Origin: Callorhinchus milii
Taxonomy: Eukaryota
Length of the DNA: 43,556 nucleotides
Assembly (NCBI RefSeq): GCF_018977255.1
Contig: NW_024705451.1
Coordinates: forward strand, 1-43,556
Reading direction: 5' to 3'
Part shown: piece after piece, positions 36,901-43,556 of the stretch
Layout: every line of letters starts with the position of its first letter
Numbering within the stretch: position 1 is the stretch's first letter
The notes under the pieces: model-generated
The model's database searches: none
Seen by the model: the letters and a program-made list of their open reading frames with translations, nothing else
Told to the model about the DNA's origin: nothing
Translations under genes and position numbers: made by a program

Positions 36901-38385
36901 GGGAGAGATAAAGAGAGAGAAACTGCGAGAGATGGACAGCGTGGCAGAAGGAGACCGAGTGGGAGTGAAATACAGGCTGAAACTGTATGGGAAAATGTAT
37001 TATGAAATGTAGTGACTGTATCGTACGTGGCAAAGACACACAGAGAGACAGTGAGAAAGGCTGAGAGACTGAGAGAGAGCGACTGCGAGAGAGAAACTGG
37101 GTGAGTGCGTGTGTAAGAGAGAGAGAGAGAGCGCCTCAGGGAGAGACAGAGTGAGAGAGGGGGCGACTGAGAGAGTTTGAAAGAGAGAGAGAAAGAGAGA
37201 GACTGTCGGAGGAAATATATAAAAACATGTGTTTTGTGGGAGACACTGAGAGAAAGCCCGAGAGACTGGGAGAGAAAGAGAGAGAAATAAAGACTGAGAG
37301 AAATTCGAAGAGAGAGACTGAGAACGAGAGACGGAGCCAGAGATAGAGAGAGAGAGACTGAGAGAGAGAGGGAGAGAAAGAGAGAGTGAGAGAGGGAGAG
37401 AGAGAGAGAGAGAAAGCGTGAGACTGAGAAAGAGAAAGAAAGAGACCCCGGTGTGTGATAGTTTTTGTGATAATAATCAGGATTAACATCTTTAATAAAC
37501 AATCATTAAAGTCTCCAGAATATATTCCACATTAAACAGACTGTGTGGACAGTACTGCCTCAGTCAGTGTCACAAGCAAACACAAAGACACACATACACA
37601 ATCATACATACAAACAAACCGACACACACATCAATAAACACACACAGAAACCCAAAAACAGACACAGGGACAAACACACAAACAAAAACACAAACATGCA
37701 AAATCACACAAACACACAGAGAGACACACGCAGAAATACACACAGACACATACACACAGAAACACACAAACATCAACTCACAAACACATATTACTCACAA
37801 ACACAAACAAACGCATGCAAACACATACATAGAACCACAAACACAGAAACGCACAAAGAAAAACACACAAGTAAACACAGGAACACACACAAATACACAC
37901 ACTTCAAACACACACATGCAAACCCACATACAGAAACATACACAAGCACACGCAATCACAAAAAAACACACATAAACAATCAAACACACAAAAACACAGA
38001 CGCACACAAATACGCTCCGCAGAAACACAAAATCAACACAGATATACAAACAAATACACAAAGTAACACGTATAAACACAAACAAACACAAACGATCACA
38101 CAAGCACACACAATAAACAGAAATAGAGAAACACACGCACAGACACACACACAGAAATACACACAGACACATACACAAACACACATAAACACACACACAG
38201 AAACTCACTAATGCATAAATACACATACACGCGCACACAGAAACACACACAAACAAACACAAAGTTACACGCACAAATACACAGAGAACCATGCACAGAA
38301 ATACCCAAAATCAAACACACAAGGAAACAAACCCACGCAAACACACACACAGAAACAGACACCAGCACACACAACAACACAATTA
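33915..38385. repeat. TG/TC-, AG- and AC-rich low-complexity tracts
   Basis: Degenerate (TG)n at 35110-35535 and 36260-36800, (AG)n at 36800-37445, (AC)n at 37570-38385. Confidence 0.9.
34300..34995. repeat. Seven-copy compound minisatellite (80-120 bp units)
   Basis: Core gactgggggttggcattgccgcactgtt followed by variable (CT)n, (GT)n and G runs. Confidence 0.9.
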
Positions 38386-38650
38386 CATTTGTATTGTGCT
38401 TTCATTTGGGGAGGGCGTCCCAAGGCGCAGGACAGAGTACAGCATTTCAGACCTGAGTTGGGGTCAGGGAGGCAGAAGGGATGGGAGGGGAAGGGAGGTG
38501 GCCGATGGCATGGTCGAAAAGGAGGTACTTGAGATGGGACTTGAAGAAGGCTAAGAAGGGTGCGAGGCGGAGTGATTGGGTGATGGAATTCCAGAGGTTG
38601 AGGGCAGAGTGGCTGAGGCTCTCCCGCCAATGGTGAGGCGGGTGGTTCTG
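38380..38650 (-). mobile_element. L2 3' end fragment
   Basis: LWNSITQSLRLAPFLAFFKSHLKYLLFDHA plus gcgccttgggacgccc tail. Confidence 0.8.
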
Positions 38651-38670
38651 GAAAATTGGAGCAGGCCAAT

Positions 38671-38892
38671 ATAACAATAATAACAATAACAATATTCCTG
38701 GCCTTTGATACGGCGCCTGATCACATGTTGTCCACACGTCTCAAAGCGCTTCACACAACATGCGGTACAGTGTAGTGACTGTGTGTATTTTGTGCGAAAA
38801 ACGCAGCAGCCAATTATACAAAGCAGCGCCCCCCAAACAGTCGCGGATTCAAGTGAACCATTTATTAATTTTATGTTGAAGGGATTATTACC
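38671..38892 (-). mobile_element. Old SINE 3' portion
   Basis: caaagcgcttcaca...gtgtagtgactgtg...gcagccaatt...gggattatta, diverged from the family. Confidence 0.7.
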
Positions 38893-38969
38893 CTCGGAAA
38901 AACATTCCTCCAATAGGCAAACAGCCACGTTCCTGCTGACAGCTGGCAAATGGAGGCACATGGAGGAAC

Positions 38970-39540
38970 GAAACACAGTAAAGCTCCCGCTACACTATAT
39001 GTCCACAGTCACAGGTCAGGATTAGCGGCACAGTAAAGTTCCTCTACACTGTGCGTCCTTCCACACTCCCAGTTCAGGATGAGAGACACAGTTAAGCTCA
39101 CTTTACACTGTGTGCCTACACTCCCAGGTCAGGGCTCTAGACACAGTAAAGCTCCCTCTTCACTGTGCGTCCGTCTAGACTGCAAATCCAAGGCTAGAGA
39201 CAAAGTAAAGCTCCTCTGAACTGTGCATCCACACTCCCACATCAGGGTTAGAGACACTGTTAACCTCCCTCTGCACTGTGCATCCGTCCACACTAATAAT
39301 GAAGGGTTAGAAAATCAGTAAAGCTCCCTCTAGACTGTGTGTCCACAATGTCAGGTCAGGGCTAGACATACGGTAAAACTCTGTATATAGTAAAACTCTA
39401 TACTGTGCGTCGAAACTCCCAATTTAGAGATACATACAGAGTAAAGCTCCCTCTTCTCTGTGCATCCATACTCCCATGTCAGGGTTATAGATACAGTACA
39501 CCTCCCACTGCAGTGTGCGTCCACACTCCCAGGTCAGTAT
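38970..39540. repeat. ~55-60-bp tandem repeat, about 10 units
   Basis: Repeated gacacagtaaagctccctctacactgtgcgtccacactcccaggtcagggttaga. Confidence 0.9.
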
Positions 39541-40021
39541 CAATGCAGATTCCCGTCTCCAGCATTGTTACAGCCTGGATAAAATGAGCAGAAACTTCTT
39601 CGCAAGCAAAAGCTTACAAAATATGTGCCCAACCTTCCCTCCACACTTTGTGTTCAAGAAGCTTTATTGGGAATTGAAAGGGTTTCAGATGAGGAGATAC
39701 AAATGCAAAGGTTTACAATGTATAAGGTTCCCATGTTTATTCCCAGATTGTCGACAACTATTGAATTAAAATATACAAGCGGTAAAATGTACCCCCTTTG
39801 TCACAAAGTTGGGGTAAAGCTGAGCGCTATTAACCCATCTGCATCGGCTCAAACAACAAAAAACATACTTCAATCTCCATATATTGCCATAACATTATCA
39901 TGTTATTCCTTCTCTCCATGCCCACTGCATCCATGTCTGCAGTCTCTCTTCCCAACCATGTCTGCAGTCTGTCTATGATTACAGTGGTGAGACATCACCT
40001 TGTTGACGAGTATCAACAAGA

Positions 40022-40255
40022 TAATAATAATCCCTCCAAAAAAAACCAAAAAACAATAATAAAAAAAATTGGGTCATTTTCAATCTACGACTGTTTGTGG
40101 GACATTGCTGTGCGCAATTGGCTGCCGCGTTCGCCCACAAATATACAGTCAATTCACTTTACAGTGTGTTCTGTGAAGCGCTTTGGGACGTCCTCCCGAC
40201 GTGAAAAGCGCTATATCAAATGCAAGGATTATTATTATTATTATTATTATTATTA
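40022..40255 (+). mobile_element. SINE, 5'-truncated
   Basis: The 3' two-thirds of the family sequence with an (ATT)n tail. Confidence 0.9.
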
Positions 40256-40658
40256 CCGCTATTGCCAGTCAATCTACTCAAAACTGCACATCAAAGGAGC
40301 GTTTATCTCTAAACTATGTATTATAGGAATCACAGGACAGGAAGTAAGGTCCATCTCCGCTCGGTAAATAAAATGAAACATTACTCATTTCTTAGCCATA
40401 CAATAAAATAATGCGTAAAATCACAACTATTGGAATACAATAAAGAAGCGTTAAAATACACCCCTTTGTCACAGCGTTGGATTAAAGCTAAGCACGAGAG
40501 TGCTAACCCATCACCATTGGCTCAAACAACATGATGCAGAAACACAAGCCTTCCTAAAACCCTCTAAAGCCAGGGGCAAGGCAGCAACTGCTGAGAGAAC
40601 ATGACACAAGCTGTGTCCAGGCATTGCCGGCTTTTCCTTATTCCGTTCCCCTCATCCC

Positions 40659-40745
40659 TCACGGATTCTTGCCAGCAGAACGATCCTTGGGCTTCACTCT
40701 CCCGAAAGTCAACTTGGGGAATGCTTTCTTCAGCCTCTCGTGTAA
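40659..40745 (-). CDS. Candidate terminal coding exon of the same gene: LHERLKKAFPKLTFGRVKPKDRSAGKNP*
   Basis: ttattttattcag|TTA; phase 0, continuing the amphipathic helix of exon 41322-41225; TGA at 40661-40659. Confidence 0.55.
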   Translation of the reverse strand, partial: LHERLKKAFPKLTFGRVKPKDRSAGKNP

Positions 40746-41224
40746 CTGAATAAAATAAACAATTGACATGGAGATCAGAGCAGCGCAGAGGGCAGGTTGG
40801 ACAGAAAGAGATGTCAGTCATTTGCAGAAAGCTAGTGGGATTGTGAAGGGTTAATCCCATTTAACATGATAGCAATAACAATCTTTACGATTGCTATCGC
40901 GTCTTTAGTGCTGGTTGGACGTCCCAAACGGATTCACGGGAAATAATGTAAAGTGTATTTTTTTGAATGCTGAACGCGGCAGCCAATTCGCACACAGCAA
41001 ATTCTCAAAAGGAGTGAGCGAGCAATTTTATTTGGAGAATTGCTGACCAGGACACAGGGAGAAACTCCGTTCTCTCTTCCAACTGTCCCTTGGTATCTTT
41101 GACGTCCACCTGAGACTGGAAACAGCGACAAGAGGAAGGTTACAGGGAGCTGTAGCTCATTGTGTGGTCAGGGCTGGGGCCCATGTTTCATACAGTGTAG
41201 CGTCAATTCAGGTCCACGACTTAC

Positions 41225-41322
41225 CTGCTCCCAAGCCGACGCCTTCAGTTGCTCAATTTCTTCAGGAGTCGGAGGATTTCCCTTGTACGTAATGTGGAGC
41301 GTTAAAGGCACCAAATGCCATT
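41225..41322 (-). CDS. Candidate penultimate exon of an unidentified gene: (x)WHLVPLTLHITYKGNPPTPEEIEQLKASAWEQ
   Basis: ttgttgtttag|AA...CAG|gtaagt (consensus donor); 98 bp, phase 1-0; open and protein-like. Confidence 0.6.
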
Positions 41323-41427
41323 CTAAACAACAAATGGTTTCTTAATCTCAGTTTTAGGCAACGGTTCTTCAATTGCTGACCCACAGCTGGAGTCGGAGAC
41401 AAAACTGACGGCATCGTCAGAGAATCA

Positions 41428-41785
41428 CAACAACAACATCAACTCGCCTTTACACAGCGCCCCTGATGCTCGGCAGCGTCCCGAGCGTTTGATAGTGACA
41501 GAGCACGACGCTGAGCCGGGGTGAGGTGACCGTAGGCACTGTCAAGTATGAAGGTTTTCAGGTACGACCTGGAAATGGGGTAGGAGAGGACAAGAGGGAG
41601 GAAAAGAGGAAGCGTGTTCCAAAGTTTGGGGGCATAGTGGCTGAAAGCTCGGCCATTGATGGGAGGGCACGAGGGGCAAAGAGCAGAGCCAGTCTAGCGG
41701 AGGCAGTGGGTATTGGAATGGAGGGGAAGCAGGTTGGGGAGATTTGGAGGTGTGAGGACATGAAGGGATTTGAAAACGATTGAGA
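41428..41785 (-). mobile_element. Old L2 3' fragment
   Basis: (caa)n tail, cagcgcc...cgtccc stem remnant and degenerate C-terminal coding sequence. Confidence 0.55.
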
Positions 41786-42089
41786 AGATTCCCCTCACAC
41801 ACACACAAACAAACACAATGGCTCAGTCCCGAGAACCTTATGGCTCCCGTTGCACTGGCCTTGGTCAGAGAGAGGAATGCGAGCGCCATTGGTGGGATAT
41901 CATCTGAACTCAACACCGCAAATGTAGGACAATCATTTGGGAAGTAAAGGGGTTTGTGGAGAAAAGGCAGCGAATTGGATGAAAAGATCTGCCACAATTT
42001 AACAAACTGGGTGAACAGGCTTCCTGCGCTGAATGGTCTCCTCCTGTCTCCAGTGTTGTACCTCTGGAGGGTGAGGTCGAAGAGACTCA

Positions 42090-42640
42090 AATGGGAGGTG
42101 GGCGGTTGAGGTGGGTGGTAGGTGAGGTGGGGGTGATGTGACTGCGGGTGAAGTGAGCTGGGGTTGAAGTGAGGTGCGGTGTTGGGCTGGTGAGGGAGTG
42201 GATGAGGCGAGCGGTGAGATGGGGGGTGTGGTGGGACGGTGATATGCGGGCTTTTGGGGATGTTGCGGGTTGATTTGGTGTGGTTGGCGTGTTCGAGGGT
42301 CGGTGTTTGGTTGTGGGAAGTTGTTTGTTGGGTTGGCGGGGTTGCGGGTCTGGCAGGTCTGGGGTTGCGGTTAGTGGTAGGGACGGGTTCGGCGGGTTTA
42401 GGGGGTGGTTAGGGTCGGGAGTTGGGTTCGTGAGTTTCAGGGGTTGGGGAATTGAGGGTTGGGGGTGTTGAGCTTTGTGGTTTGTGGGTTTGGGATTTGG
42501 AGTGAGTTGGGTGCTTTTGGTGGTTGGGGGGTTGGAATATTGGGGTTATTTGGGGTCGGGTGTTGGGGTTGGGGTGAGTTGTGGGTTGGGGGTGAGGTGC
42601 TGCGGTTTGGGGGTTGGGAGTTTTGAGGGTTGGTGGGGGG
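42090..42640. repeat. G/T-rich low-complexity tract
   Basis: Dense ggggtt/gggtgagg motifs. Confidence 0.8.
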
Positions 42641-42718
42641 AGAGTCCAGGTGACAGAAGAAGAGTATGTAAAGAGCTGTCGACAAGTTGAGAATTGCTGA
42701 GACACAAAGTGCACTGAC

Positions 42719-42796
42719 CAGGGTTAGCGTCACAGAAATCTTGATACTCGATGGTCGAAGTCCTCACTGGAAGGGAAGAGGGTCTTGGTTGCCTTT
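42719..42796 (-). CDS. Candidate upstream exon of the same gene (78 bp, frame uncertain)
   Basis: Strong acceptor ctcctgtctccacag| and donor CTG|gtcagt. The only stop-free frame (phase 1) joins exon 41322 in frame. Confidence 0.4.
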
Positions 42797-42949
42797 CTGT
42801 GGAGACAGGAGAAGCATTACCCAGTTCGTCTCTGCTCACACTCCACATATTACTTCAAGCCTCGAGTCCAGCAGCCAAGCACCAGGTTACATGATTCTTT
42901 ATGTTGTCCACAATCAGATAGGGATATGCTCCTATAATCATAACAGTAT

Positions 42950-43296
42950 TAATAATAATAATCCTTGCATTTGATACAGCGCCTTGTCATGTGTGAAAGC
43001 GCTTCACAGGATATACTGTAAAGTGTAGTGACTGTGTAGTTTGTGCGCGAAACGCAGCAGCCAATTGTGCCGAGCGACGTCACTCAAACAGCCGTGGATT
43101 ATTATTACATTTCAAAAAATTAAAAAAATTGTGGAGAGTATTATTATCCCGGGAAAAGTAAACCACCGATCGAACCGATCCGTAAACAGAAACGTGTGGA
43201 ATAATGAAACTCGCCCAACGTATCAGCTGCTGGGAATCGAAACCAGGTGCTCGCCTTTGCAACGCCAGTGCTCTAACCACGGAGCTACAAGTTCTC
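42950..43296 (-). mobile_element. Older related tRNA-derived SINE
   Basis: Reverse complement reads tgtagctccgtggttagagcactggcgttgcaaaggcgagcacctggtttcgattccc; diverged body; (ATT)n tail. Confidence 0.8.
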
Positions 43297-43556
43297 ATAC
43301 TAACGTACACTAACTTGCAGGACACCACATTGACCTACAGGGCCTCAAACTAACCTACAAGTCCTCACACTAACGCAAACAACCCCACATTGTCCTATAG
43401 CTTCGCACAATAATCTACAGCTCCCCACACAGACCTACAGCTCCCCACTCTAACCAATAGGTCAATACATTATCTTACACAACGCCATACTAACATACAG
43501 GTCTCCATACAAACCTACAGGTTACCAAATTTACCTATAAAAGCCCACACTAACCT
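43297..43556. repeat. Degenerate ~20-bp tandem repeat running off the window
   Basis: Repeated acctacagctccccacact variants. Confidence 0.7.

Noticed and set aside
33882..38456. Cys/Val- and His/Thr-rich ORFs
   Set aside because: Translations of (TG)n/(AC)n tracts.
42394..42416. Telomeric repeat
   Set aside because: Only two separated TTAGGG hexamers inside a G/T-rich tract.
42719..42796. Selenoprotein reading (KGNQDPLPFQ-TGA-GLRP)
   Set aside because: The context matches no selenoprotein I know, no SECIS was identified, and another frame is open.

Overview
Repeat-dense vertebrate genomic DNA, most likely from a cartilaginous fish (inferred from the NLR type and the SINE/L2/CR1 repertoire). 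The main gene is a spliced, minus-strand NOD-like receptor. Five phase-compatible coding exons (14451-14361, 12744-12578, 12094-11923, 11833-11768, 7519-5719) give about 765 codons: a death-fold (CARD-like) domain, a FISNA-like segment, a NACHT domain and the first LRRs. No further LRR exon was recognised in the remaining 5.7 kb. Upstream lies a two-level tandem duplication (about 19.4-28.4 kb) with four copies of an ATG-free ~82-nt candidate exon, each keeping its splice sites and an invariant NF-kB-like 10-mer. A probably full-length, nearly intact L2 LINE sits at about 28395-32102. Its 3' stem-loop is shared, with a compensatory base change, by about ten copies of a tRNA(Ala)-derived SINE. 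The window also holds CR1 and L2 relics, several minisatellites, long CT/TG low-complexity tracts, and candidate 3' exons of a second, unidentified minus-strand gene (40659-42931). Most listed ORFs are repeat artefacts. All calls come from manual reading; no database search was run.
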